Translations under genes and position numbers: made by a program
Assembly: GCA_030704615.1 (NCBI GenBank)
Contig: CM060732.1
Coordinates: 78,182,001 to 78,246,000, forward strand
From: Takakia lepidozioides
Lineage: Eukaryota > Plantae > Bryophyta
Reading direction: 5' to 3'
Length of the DNA: 64,000 nt
Part shown: positions 1 to 12,400 of the stretch, piece by piece
Numbering within the stretch: position 1 is the first letter of the stretch
Layout: each line of letters begins with the position of its first letter
Notes under the pieces: model-generated
Seen by the model: the letters and a program-made list of their open reading frames with translations, nothing else
Told to the model about the DNA's origin: nothing
The model's database searches: none

Positions 1-215
1 GGTCCACTGTTTTCATAAGACTTAACGACGTTGGGCTTTCTGGGATAGACTCCTCCATGTCTATGCACCTGTACGCATATTTATGGTGTTCAATCTATAC
101 CATGCAAACAACACTAATAAATAATCTATATAAAATTCTGGATTTAGCCTTAAATTACTACAATTCATGAAATATAAGATATTACCATGAGAGAATATGC
201 TAGCCAAATGTTGTA

Positions 216-1397
216 TACCTTGGATGAACATGGCAAATGTCAGGACCTCTTGATACTTCACCTGTTTCACCAGTCTTGCTCAAACATGAATGATCATATA
301 ACATAGTTGAGGAGACAATTATATTGGATCATGTATTCATAATTTTTTATATTCGTAAAATAGGGGTAGGCATGACTAGTACTGGGTGTACTTTGAAAGC
401 AAGCTACATATATCAACAACACCTCAGAGCATGCCAACAACATGCAAGCTTCAAAGTTTCTTCATGGACACCACATAGAATGGCTCCATTAGTGTGCCTG
501 TCAATGAACATGAGAACATCAGCTTTGTCAATAATTCCCATGTTTGGTGGAAGATTTTGTATTTGAATAAAACTCCCAATTGCCTGTCAAACTGGCGAGA
601 GAGAAGTGAAGCAGCCAAGTTTACCTGCACCAAGGCCCAAGGTCTGAAGCGGTGCTCCTGCAATAATGGCAGGAGGAACTCAACAACCTGTTTCACAAGT
701 GAAAGATGCTCACCTATCACAACCAAGAAAAAACACTTTGTAGAAAAGTACTTTTGCTGGAGAGAGCACACATGTGAGAGAGAGATCAATTACCATAGGA
801 TTCACATCTTTCCCCCATATACCATTCTGACTGATGCTGACCTAATTTCATTGAATGTGAAAGACTTGCCAAAGAATCAACTAACCTCCAAAGCCACAGC
901 TTCGAAAACCACGAGTTGACCATCAGTTTCTCAACCAGACCTTGGCTTATCCACTGCCACCATATGAGAACATTGAATAGACACTTCTAGAGACAAATGA
1001 GACTCGATTTCGATTTCAAGAAGGGAACGTGCATCGCGTAACCCCTGACTCATTGTCTGAGCTGATTTTGGAGGTAGGTGTACACCCTAATAATAAACTT
1101 AGCATCCAATCGTGCGTGGAATGAAAAGAGGTAGAGAGAAGGGCAAGGAAAATACCACCTTATGCTGTTGGAAGGTAGTAGAGGTATAATTTCGCTCCCA
1201 TATTTCCACGGGGCTAACGCACAACCGATATCAACAGTTTGGCTACAGAGCCATGTGTGTTTCTTCAAAAGTTCGAATCGAGCTGACCTCAACGCGGCTA
1301 CAACAGCCCTCTGCCTACCCTCTCGATCAGAAGCTAACACAGTGCTTGCAAGATCGCCCAATCGCTGATCCAAGCTATGCTTAGGAATAAAAATACC
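216..1397 (-). pseudogene. Degenerate multi-exon coding relic of unknown family, possibly TE cargo with weak Ulp1/C48-like spacing
   Basis: GT-AG-bounded minus-strand segments translate to ...LLKKHTWLCSQTVD..., GEHLSLVKQVVEFLLPLLQ... and ...PPNMGIIDKADVLMFIDRHTNGAILCGVHEETLKLACCWHALRLVKQVKY. In-frame stops are present. The family call is only a resemblance. Confidence 0.25.
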
Positions 1398-3199
1398 TGG
1401 TTTTCAAGGGAAGCCAAAGTAAGTCAGAATTGAATCCACTCACCTTAGCAGTCTGTGGTATTACAATCAACCCATTGATCCCTGCTGAAATTACTAGATC
1501 CACCACTACATGCGCTTGATTGTGAAACCCTCTAAGCAACTAGAAACTACTACACTAATCATCAAGACATTTCTAAGGTGCTCCAGACTCGCTCCAGAAC
1601 GACAATATCACGTAGTATCGTGTTCTTGAAGATAGATTAATTGAAGACATTCGGATCAGCCGTTTGAATCTGGCCACGTACGATATGGCAGATACGGACA
1701 TATATCAAAGTACAATCAAATTCAAATTGTAGGTGTTTCGCCATTACCTCCATATGTACGTGGCTACAGCGTATTGCCAGGCCTCAGGTACTATACTTAA
1801 CCAAAACTCTGCCCACTTTAGGGCAATACTTAAAATCGTATTTTTCAAAATTTTATGTGCTTTGGGCCTTTGGCTGTCCCAAAAAGAAGTTCCCCTTTAT
1901 TGGCTGGTTTAATAAAGGAAAATAGTGATTTTTATTATACGGGTATGGCTTCCATGTTCCTACAAAAGCGTTATCCTTGGGAGAGGTTTTGTGGTCAATC
2001 CCATGTCACCCATACCTACCTGCTTTCAATACTATCTTGCTATAAGATGGATTTTACGTATATCCATATAAAAACTCTATTATTAAAAAATCATTTGGGA
2101 ACTAATATACATATATATATAGATGACACACATTGTTTTATTTCAACTAATTACATAGTTTTTTCATTATTATATTATTTTAGTAATTTTTTTTCCAATT
2201 ATATATGTTTCCTTTTCATAGTATGCCTCGGTAATATGTTAAATCGCTGATTTACGTAAAATCATATATACATTCTATTCAAGAGATAGTGTTAAAACTT
2301 ATTTCACTGTATGTACATTCATAACATATGCCATACTATGACATATTTGGCATTGTTATGCTAGGACATAGCATGTGATGGTACATAGATACATCCACCT
2401 TTAGGTATGGCATTGGCATTGCCCATGTGCATGGGATAAGCACGACTCACATCGCGCATAGTGGCATGCCAGTTATGGCACATAGTCAAAATGAAGTAAT
2501 GAAATAATTCAGGTGCAAATGGGCCACTGGCCTCAGCAAACGTCCTATTTGATCTATGTTTCAGGAATATTTCTTCATATTCTTGACATGTGGTGCAGAT
2601 TGGCTGTTCCTGGCATAGGTGCAAGTGGGACACTATAGAAGGAACCTGTTTTTACTCCAGTCGTTGGTTCTCACACATGTTGCGATACCCAACCAGTCGG
2701 TTCTGCGTTAATCCCTAGTGGCAGGTCCGGTCCTACAGAAGTGGGTCGGGTTCCAGTCCGGTTCCTTATAACCGGAACCGGAACCGGCGATTGACCTCGG
2801 AGCAGGCGGTTGACCTCGTACGCCCTCGGACTACTCCCCCTCACACCGCGATAAGCCCTCCGAGGAGGGACTTACCCTACATATCGTAACTAATTTGCAC
2901 TATATGTGGAGTATGTATACGTTGCTTGGGAGACTTACCGGTAAGGTTGCCGGGGTCGTCTAAGGGGAGACATACAGGGCCCACTGTGAAATCCCCTATC
3001 TCTTCACGCTCTTCCGACTTCCTCTTTTCAAGCTCCCCTTAGCGTGCTCATATGAGGATATTTGACATATTCTAGGAATATCCAAATAACACCTTAGCGT
3101 GTTTCTATTTCGAACATTGTTGATGGCAGGGTTGGAGGTAGTAATTATTAAAAACAAATCCTTCATAGCATACATTTTTGTTTTGTTTTAAAAGAACTT

Positions 3200-4560
3200 A
3201 CGAATTCATATTAAAAGATGTCCTGGAAAAAATTACCGGGACAGGAGGCCATGAGGCTTACATCTATGGATAGATCTCTACACGCTTGTAACCACTTTGA
3301 AGATAAGTCGAGCTCATCTGCAATGACTTCCTCCGTAAATCAGCTGCCACCTGCCCCGACCAACAAACCCAAAGCCCAGACCCCCCAAGAGCACTACTCT
3401 GGAATGTATATTCTACAGGGAAGACAGACGCAAAGGAGTAAAGCGGCACACTTGAGACACTAATGCGAGATGGAAGAAGAATATAAAACACATAGAAACA
3501 CCCAAGGCAGAAGACAAGCCGGCGCTTCTAACTAGGAAGCTGACATAGCTACGGAAGCCAGATAGCTGGGAGAGACGGGCACAAACTACGAGAATAGACA
3601 GGGCAAAGTAGGAGCAACCAACGTGGAAAGGAAAGGGTGCAAAAAAAACCAAGTCCCAAACTCTCTACACCATGAAGCACGGAGAGCTCACATCGCATAC
3701 ACTTTGTCGGATAAAAACATATGAATCACTTTCGTATATGTGTATAAATATATATATACACATATATATATCGGCCAAAGCCAACGTAGCTAAGAGCCAC
3801 TTTGCCTTGCAACTACGTAGGAGTCAATTTTCGTATATATGTAAGACTCCAGCCAACGCCGACGTAACTAAGAACCACTTTGCCTTGCGACTATTGTCCC
3901 TTTCAGGGGTGGCCCAATTACATCTATATATATATGGTTTTTTCTTGATGTAGTTTCCCTACCTACACGTGAAGATGGATTTTAAGAAAAAAAAAAAAGG
4001 ACGGTGCCCAAATGCTTAAATTAAAAGATGGAAAAATAACCACCGTTAAGGCCATGAAGGCTTATAGTGGGGAGACTGCCCCCTAACCAAGAGTCAAGGA
4101 AAGCAAGGAGACTCCGCAATTGGCCCAAAGCGCCATGAGCACACAAGTTCAGAGTAGGCAGAAACCGAGAAGCAAGGCAGCCGAGAGGCAAGGCACCAGC
4201 AGATGAGCTCAGAAGACAGACAGGACTTAGTGAGGCCCCAATAAGGATGCTAAGCACTAATAACTTCTACAATCTAAGCTGGGTTTTCAACTTGGGGTCT
4301 CCTTCTCTAGCCCTGTGGTGATGCTAGTTGGAGTCTCCTTCTTGTGAGTCTGATGTATGGGAGCCGAGGACACAACCCTTACCCCAGGTGAGGTCCAAGT
4401 ATTTGAGAAGTTGCATCCAACGCCGCTTGGTAGTCCTGGGAAGAGCGCGGGCGGAAAGCCTATAGATTAGGGATATCCTCCTCTTCAATGTGCAGTTTTG
4501 GCTGGGTGCAGAGGAGAATGGGGCAGAGTTATGGGCAGGCAAAAGGCCCAGGGGATTTGG
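3200..4560 (-). mobile_element. Degenerate non-LTR retrotransposon (LINE) 3' relic
   Basis: Broken frames give ...TTKRRWMQLL... followed by ...AGALPLGCLASRFLPTLNLCAH..., resembling the zf-RVT region near the ORF2 C-terminus. Many stops and frameshifts. Confidence 0.3.
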
Positions 4561-6044
4561 GTTTTTATTTTTATTTTTATTTTTGAAGAAATTGATTTGT
4601 CCTTCATGTGCCTAATTCATAAAAATATATAGCCTAATTCAAAGATATACCTAGTGTGGCCCAGGAGTGACACTGCTTAGTATGATGCATAATATGTCAG
4701 TTTGTTGGCCCTGCCTTCCTAAGGCAGGACTACGCAAAGGGTTTCAGTTGCTTTAGCACCCATACTTTCTATTAGACTTCCAATTGGATCGAGACAGTTG
4801 TCAAGAGAATATTCTGTCCTTCAATGAATGACATCTGGTCAACTTCTTGTGCATGCCATAAATGAAAGTCCATCGGCTATTACCTGCCACCTGGGTGATT
4901 CATGGCCCAAATCCAGTTACCTTGATAATTATGAGGCGTAAAAATGCCTAACCGGCCATAGGGGCATGGTAATATGTAGCCGCTTGTTCATATTTCTCGT
5001 TTTACATACTTTTACTGTTTGCAGATAACTCTACTGAGCCGTCAATTACTCCCCACATCAAACCCATGGGGAGGGTAACAGAGAATAATAATCTTAGCAT
5101 ATCAATTAAAAAATCTCATAAATGTACATCAACATAAATGTACATTGAGGGCTCTCAATGTGATGAACATTGGGCCCTGTGATTTTCTCACGTTTCCGAA
5201 TTTCTTGCCTCATCAAACGCGACCCTTCCGAGTCCGACCCGCTAAGTATACAATCAACTGCCATTCCATTGAATTGAGCTCGTCAAGAAGAACCCATTTG
5301 AGTGAAAGATACATGAATTTTCTTAACTGAGGAGATTTGAAAGTGATTGTTGCAAATTGCAGTAGTTGTAAGAATGATGACCAGATTATTCAAAATTTGA
5401 AAAGTGTACGTTTGCGAGACTCCAATATTTGAATTAGTTATGTGTTAGAGTGCAATGCAAGTGACGCGGCATCCGCTCGAGGAAAGAGAAGTGTGGTCGG
5501 TAGGACAGGGATGGCGTCGGATTTCTTGCGATTCCAACGAGTCCCTCATGAAGATGAAGGCATCTTGCTGCACGTTGAAGCATCGCATCTCCCACGACGC
5601 ATCTGGGCTGATATTGGATGCAATGCAAGTCGACGCCACACTTCAAGCTGGAGAGGGTGGGCCCCGTGTTCGAGTGGGCCCGGATTGAAGTGCAAATGGC
5701 TTCCAGGTTACCTCATAGAGATCTGGTATTAATAAGTTTCGTTTGCTGTCTCTCTCACGCAAACTCACACGCTGGCTTTCTCACGCAATGACTGTCTTGT
5801 TCCTGTTCTTGTGAGATCTCAGTTTGGCTTTGATAAGTCACAGGTTTCTCCCTGCGTCCCATCTTGTGAAGCACCCACAAGCTGTTTTTTAGTCTTTCTG
5901 TTTCAAAGTGTGAAGCCCACGAAAGAAGAAAGTTCTGGGACCACCGCATATGGTCTCCCATTGCCTTACACAAAGCAAGCGCATACTACAAAGTTGTAAA
6001 GCCTCCCCCGCGCCTCTCCACTGCCATTGCAGCATTGTCGAAAA

Positions 6045-6665
6045 ATGGCGAGCAGCAGCTCATCGAGCTCCTCAAGCTCGAATGTATCTACAGATCTCCT
6101 CACCCAACTTTCCAATCTACTTCCCACAGGGACGTTCATGATATTTCAGGTGCTGGCGCCGCTGGCCACAAATAATGGGAACTGCGGACACACAGAGAAA
6201 GTCATAACAGCCATGACTCTTTTTGTTATGGCAAGCGTTTGCTGTGCCACTTGCTTCACAGACAGCTACAAGTCGGAGGATGGGACGGTCTACTATGGAG
6301 TGGTTACCCGACTAGGTCTGTGGAACCCAAATTTTAGAAGCTCAGGGCTAGCGGGCGTGTCCGGGTCAATCTACTCAGGAGGGGGAAACAAGTACAAGCT
6401 GAAGTTTGATGATTTTTTCAACGCTGCTCTGTCTGTTGTTGCCTTTGCAGCTTTGACACTATTAACGACCCCAGTCACGTCCTGTTTCTACCCTGATGTG
6501 CCAACTTCAGTTATGAAAACCGTTCCATTGCTGGTGGGTTTGGTAGTCTCTTTCGTCTGTGCTTTTGCACCTTCCGTACGAAACGGTGTGGGCTACGCAA
6601 TATCTGCTTTAACCGGGGGCGCAAGTTTGTTGAGAAGTTCGAGTACCTCAAGCACAGTTAATTAA
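6045..6665 (+). CDS. DMP: DUF679 domain membrane protein (DMP family), intronless, 206 aa
   Basis: Hallmark motifs LSNLLPTGT, FTDSY...YYGVVT..GLW, YKLKFDDF, SCFYP and P..RNGVGY, with 4 hydrophobic segments. ATG at 6045 in AAAAATGGC context. Confidence 0.93.
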   Translation: MASSSSSSSSSSNVSTDLLTQLSNLLPTGTFMIFQVLAPLATNNGNCGHTEKVITAMTLFVMASVCCATCFTDSYKSEDGTVYYGVVTRLGLWNPNFRSSGLAGVSGSIYSGGGNKYKLKFDDFFNAALSVVAFAALTLLTTPVTSCFYPDVPTSVMKTVPLLVGLVVSFVCAFAPSVRNGVGYAISALTGGASLLRSSSTSSTVN

Positions 6666-8773
6666 GGTTATCACTACAACAGTTCTGATGCATCGGTGGC
6701 CTTCCCCCCCCCCCCCCCGGTGAGAGATGCATAGCTGGTCACGATGCCAATTAAGGTCACCACGTCTGGATGACCCAGGAAGTACATGGCTTCTATGTAA
6801 TTTAGTAGCCCCTTTGTGGGTTCTCTTCTCCATTCAGTTTGTCGAGCACCATTGTGCAGTCGGCAGCATTTGACTAAAGCTGGGCTACCAACCAACCGAG
6901 TTGCGAATGCTATTCTTTTATATTGAAGATTTGAGCTCCAGAAACCTGTTAAATGAATCTGTTTAGCAGAGATTTCGACAACTTAGCCTGTACTTGTAAA
7001 GTTCTATGATAGGCGAGTTGCGAATGCTGTGTGTTGAAAAGGTAGCACTTGGCCGTTCAATTCTCTGTTTAACTAAGTCAGAAGGGGTTTCAACATGTAA
7101 ACATTACAATTGAACAACATGTATATATTGTATCGAGATCCATTGCTGGCCCAGCTAGCTCAATTCTTACGTTTGTGGCAAGTGTTTATCAAATTAGTTC
7201 AATTCTCAATGGGGACTTCAGAGAGGTCCATATAACTTAGAAATATATGCAGGTAGATCTGGGCGGCCAAACAAAGTGAACTAGCCGCAGCATTTGCTCA
7301 AATTGCAATCAGCTGGAAGTGCACACCAGCAAGAATCTCCTTCAGCCTTTCAATAGGGTACATTAGAATTGGTGTGAGCGTAGCGTGCGGGTATTTAGTA
7401 TGTACAACGCATCATATCTTTGCTATCCATCCCACACACTGGGCATCAACTTATCATGAAAGTGTCTTCTGGTCTTCGTACTCATCTCTTCGGCCTCTAG
7501 ATGTTGAAATTCGAACACCAGAAGACTCTTTCTCTTTCATGACAAGTCTCGTCCAGGAACGAGGGACATCACTTATCAATTTTAGTTTTGACTCCCCTTG
7601 GGGAAAGGGAGCCTCCTGTGCTCTAGAGACGGTGGCATTGCAGGTTCAAATCTGGTGCATCTTCCCTCTCCGGCACAGCAGCAGAAGATATTAATTGGCG
7701 GCACCGGAAAGATTCGCCATTCCAAGACCAAGACTCTTTTGAATTTCGAACCTCTTTTGCGCAAACGTTAGAGTTGATTTCTGCTCTTACTCCTTTTTAG
7801 CAGGGTCCCCAGCTTGTTTCTCTCATTTCTAGTATTCCTGGTTATAGTCCTTGAATGGGGAAGTTCTTCATCTCTGTAACTGTCACTCTGGGGGTTGCTT
7901 CAGATTGTCAACTGTATTCATTATATTGCTAGCTTCCAACGTTATTTGCTTTTAAGTAGGAACCTAGGCCAGCGTTCTTTACTTCTTTTGGACACGATTC
8001 ATAGGCTTGTCAGCTTGGCTTAAGAACCCTGAAGGCATCGATTCGCCCCACCTATATGACTCCTTGTCCTCCCATGATCCACATTCCTCGGTAACACGGC
8101 CATATATGAAAATTAATTGAAGAGATTCCTGCAGGAGGTACAAAGAATGTTCTCCCTTCTCAGACAAGTACACATTGAACACTTTCCATTTCTTTCCTGG
8201 TAGGGACTAGGGACCTCAAAGAGTAGCATCCATTAAATGTTTGGCTGTGAAAGCTACAAGGATAAATAACAGGTTATATTGACAGGGCAAATATTAATCC
8301 CTCACTGCTTGCAAACGTTAGTATTAGAAATCCAGTACTCCAGTCAGCTGCAACCAACGATCATGTCTTATTCTTCATTCTTGAGGCATCCATGTGGGCA
8401 GATTGAATAATTCTGCAGCCTCCACTGTCATAAGATTTAAATACCAAGAATCCAAACTCCAGTGCTCTACCCAAGAAGACTTCCAGAACCCTACACGACA
8501 TTATCCCCAGCAATGTGCACAATTTTTACCTGGTTTGCACCGTCTGCTGTACAACCCAGACTTTTCTGCTGGGTATGAACTTTTCTGCTTGTTTTCAAGC
8601 TCCCAGTAAATGGTGGGGCTACAACTACATAGACTGAATAGCCATCTTTCCTCGGCTACAACAGAGAAGAGCTCTAATTATTAGGAACCGATTTTGGCTG
8701 GAGGGGGTGTTTTCCTCAACAGAGACAGAGAGGAAGGAGAAGAGTGAATTTTGGGGGATGGCCAGGCTACCTC

Positions 8774-9460
8774 TCACACTATTTTGCTCATTACAGACAC
8801 AGGGATGCGAACATGATGTCCTAGGGTCCCTTTCAACAAAATCGCTCCGAAGGATGTGATGGTTGATGCCTGGGTAGCCTTCAATGTCATCGTTATCCTT
8901 TGCAACTGCCGTCTACCTCTACCGACTGTAAAAGACAAAGGGTTAACAGTCAACAAGACATTGGCTGGGCTTGTCCAATTGCATGTAGTCTCTACGACAT
9001 TAGCAACATTGGTTACTATCCTGGGAACTATCCGGGTGCCAATGAGATTGGTTAGAGTAATAGAAGGTGTGTTGAGATCTGTGGGTTTTACTCCCACAGC
9101 CGCAGAGCATGTGCCACCTGTTGAGTTGAGCACAGATGCAGGGGTCACCCCTTCTACAGAACACAGGAATTTGATGTAGTCAATGTGCCCTGTAAACAAG
9201 ACATACGAATTTGAACAAGTTCAATTATGAACAAAGGTAGTCCATGAGGGCTCAGGGAAAAGTGAAGGACGGGGAAAGAGAGGCAACATCAGAAATGAAG
9301 TCAATGAGAGAGAGAGGCAGAAAGAAACTTCATGATGTACAGACGAATTCAAAGAGTCTATGCGACATAGGAGGGCAGAGAAAAAAATGGGACACTGAAC
9401 AATCAGCCATGGGAGGTCCAAAGAGAGAGAAATGAAATGGAACTTTATAGGTCCGAAAGG

Positions 9461-9492
<32 letters not shown>

Positions 9493-12400
9493 ATGTACTC
9501 AAAAGACGTTGTTTGCCGTAGCCTTGTGGCCATTGACCCTGCGACCAGTTTGCACGGACCAGAGAGAGAGAGAGAGAAAAAAGCAAAAAATAGAGGTTTA
9601 ATACGTCTGAGGGAAGCACAAAGGACCCTTCTGAGATTGAGGAAGAAAGACCTACTAACCTGCATCAAAAATGAGTCCTGGATCAATGGCTGCTGAGGGA
9701 TTTATCGCCCCACCTCCAATATCAAATGGTGTCGCAGGTTGGAGCAAAGGCACTCCCGTCCCAGAGAGCTGCTGGGCTTGAAGGGGCTGACCACGATGAT
9801 CTACAGTATCAGCTGTGGTGACCATTGCTGAAGCAAGGGCTGCTGGGCTCCACCCTGGGTGGGCTTCTTTTAGCAAGGCTGCAATGCCTGCTACATGGGG
9901 AGTTGCCATGCTGGTTCCAGAAATCATTGCAAACCTCTGACCTGCAGATTCTCGCAAGAGATCAGTACAAAAGCCCCTCGACAGACTCTCTCTCCTTCCC
10001 CATTTTTTGGTCACTCTACCTATTCAAGCTGTATTCCAGTTTACGGCCATAAAGCTGTTGATAGCAGGGTGAAATAGTTAGCATATACCCAAGGACTCTC
10101 TTTTCTGCCATGTCCAAAGTGGGTGGTATGTACAAAAAAAAAGGTTGAGAAGCAGCTGTGGTTGTCCTACTTTACAAGTGGAGCAGTGTACCGAGAAAAT
10201 TAAGCTCGTCAATACCAATTGGGCTCCATGCAGACCAAATGAGGTAGCCTGGTGCCATTATGTTAGGTTTTAGCACATCCGCATCCTGAAAGCTGAAGTC
10301 CTTGACATCTGGTCCCCTTGATGAGAAGAGAGCCACTTGCTGGGATCCTCCACTGTATTTTATTATCTGCCCATCCCCAATTCTAGCTTGGGCCCCGAAC
10401 CTTAGAGCTTTTCCAGCTCTATCTTTGATTGTGAACTTGTTGTAGTATGTCAGCAACGCCTGGTCCACCAGAAAGACAAGATGATCACATAACAAGTTGT
10501 CAGAATTGTAATGACTATGAAGGTGCACAAACCAGTCACTGTGAAGGAAATGATGTATAAAAGAATGAGAAAGAAAAAGAAAGACAAGTTTACTATGTCC
10601 ACAGAAGACCCAAAGCACCCAAGGGATAGAACAGAAACAGAACCAAGGAACTACTGAACTACTGAAACAAAGCCAAAGAACTGGTGAGTAGGGAGGGAAA
10701 ACAGGAAAGTAAACTTCAGTCTCAGCAGGCCGGTATGGAGTAGAGGGGAAGAGAGACAAAGTCAGGCTGGATAACCTGTGAGTCCTGTTGTGATGTAATG
10801 ACAATGGCTGGCACTGAAATGGGTATGGGATCAAATTTGCTCCCGGCAATGTCTGAATCAACCACCATAACAACGCCCACTGCCCCAAGGCTTCGAACAG
10901 TTGCAACAACTTGCTTAATTGTAGCCCCACCAAAGATGAAGTTGAAAGAGAATGTGCAGATCAGCAAACGGCCTTGGACCAGAACTCTGTTTAAGATCGA
11001 GGGCTCTTGGCAATCACTTGGGGTGAAGAGGGGATTTGTTCGACCCACTGCATCATCTGCTAGGATCATTGTGTGCATAGAGCGACCAAAAGTAGGAGCT
11101 GCATGTGGAGACAAAGGTTCTTTAGAATGCAAACAATCTTTCACTCTCATATGTTTCTGCCAGGTCTAACTTCTTATATGGACTATGGTGGTGTCCTAAC
11201 TCCTTGAACCGTATAGGGGTCTAATGCTGCCTCCCCCTAGCCTTCCTCTCCCTATTTGAAAAACACTACATGCAGGACAACATATGTGCACCCCAAGACA
11301 GCTGGAGGACAGGCACAAGATTAGATCTTGCTTTCACAAAAATGAAACTAATGTCTATGAGCAAAACTGCAAACACGAGTACTTACGTGCCAAGCCCGCC
11401 CCTGCCAAGCTCACATTGTTCCCGAGATGGACATAATTCGGGTATGATCGATCATCGACTCCTGCGGCAACAGATAGTATCCATGGACTAAAAGACGTGA
11501 CTGTTCTTGCATATGGTCCACCATTTCCAGCAGCTTGAACAACCAATACACCGGCCTTTACTGCTGAGAGTAGCGCCACATCAAAGACATTCAAGAAAGT
11601 GGAATTTGAGGCTGAGGGTGGGCTATTGGGGCCAAGAGAGAGAGAAAGGACATCCACTCCATCTGCTACAGCCTGTGCACAAAGTCCCAACACAAATGTT
11701 AAGCCTCTTTCTCCTTCAAACCTGTACATTTTCATAGACTACGGCAAAGCTGGTATCCTGCTTTTCAAGTATGATGTCAATCCAAGTTGGTATCCTGCAG
11801 GACCTGTGCCCTGTGGAGGCCAACCATTTGCACAGTACGTGAAATGGCCTTCCCAGTCATCCTCTCTCTCTTCTCCTTACACTCCAATGAATCTTGCTGT
11901 GTAGAGAGAATTGGTGACTATAATACTTCAAAACTTTTGCCAAGGTTTGTGAGAAACCTTTCACTCTTTGATGGGTTATTGAGACTCACATCTTCACACC
12001 CAATAGATGGCAAAGGTGTATAGCTCAAGAGTGAAATGCTGTTAGCATCATTTTCAGAGAGAAAGAAACACATTATGTAGCTGCAGAGATTTGAGATGTG
12101 TTTCTGTCAGGGTATGAGAAAGACCTGGTCAACTGCTGCCACAACATCTGCAATGAAGCCCCCAAAAAGACGGTAAAGAGCCTTGTAGACTGCTATCCTG
12201 TTAAGTACACATGAAAGGATTTAGCTCTCTAGAAAATCAAACCGACCCAATTCTGATCAAATGAGCCACAGTGAGCTATGGAAGCACTTTGCAAACCATA
12301 GACATTGAAACTATACATTGAAGCATCATCAAGAACACAGCGTAGAATGGCCACACTCTGCACTGGGATAGGTACCTTGGAAATTTCAACTGTAGTGGAA

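Noticed and set aside
2631-2790. CACTA terminus (CACTATAGAA) or MITE with AACCGG repeats
   Set aside because: No matching inverted end with a TSD was found.
7374-8200. Possible retroelement relic between DMP and subtilase A
   Set aside because: No diagnostic motif could be read in any frame.
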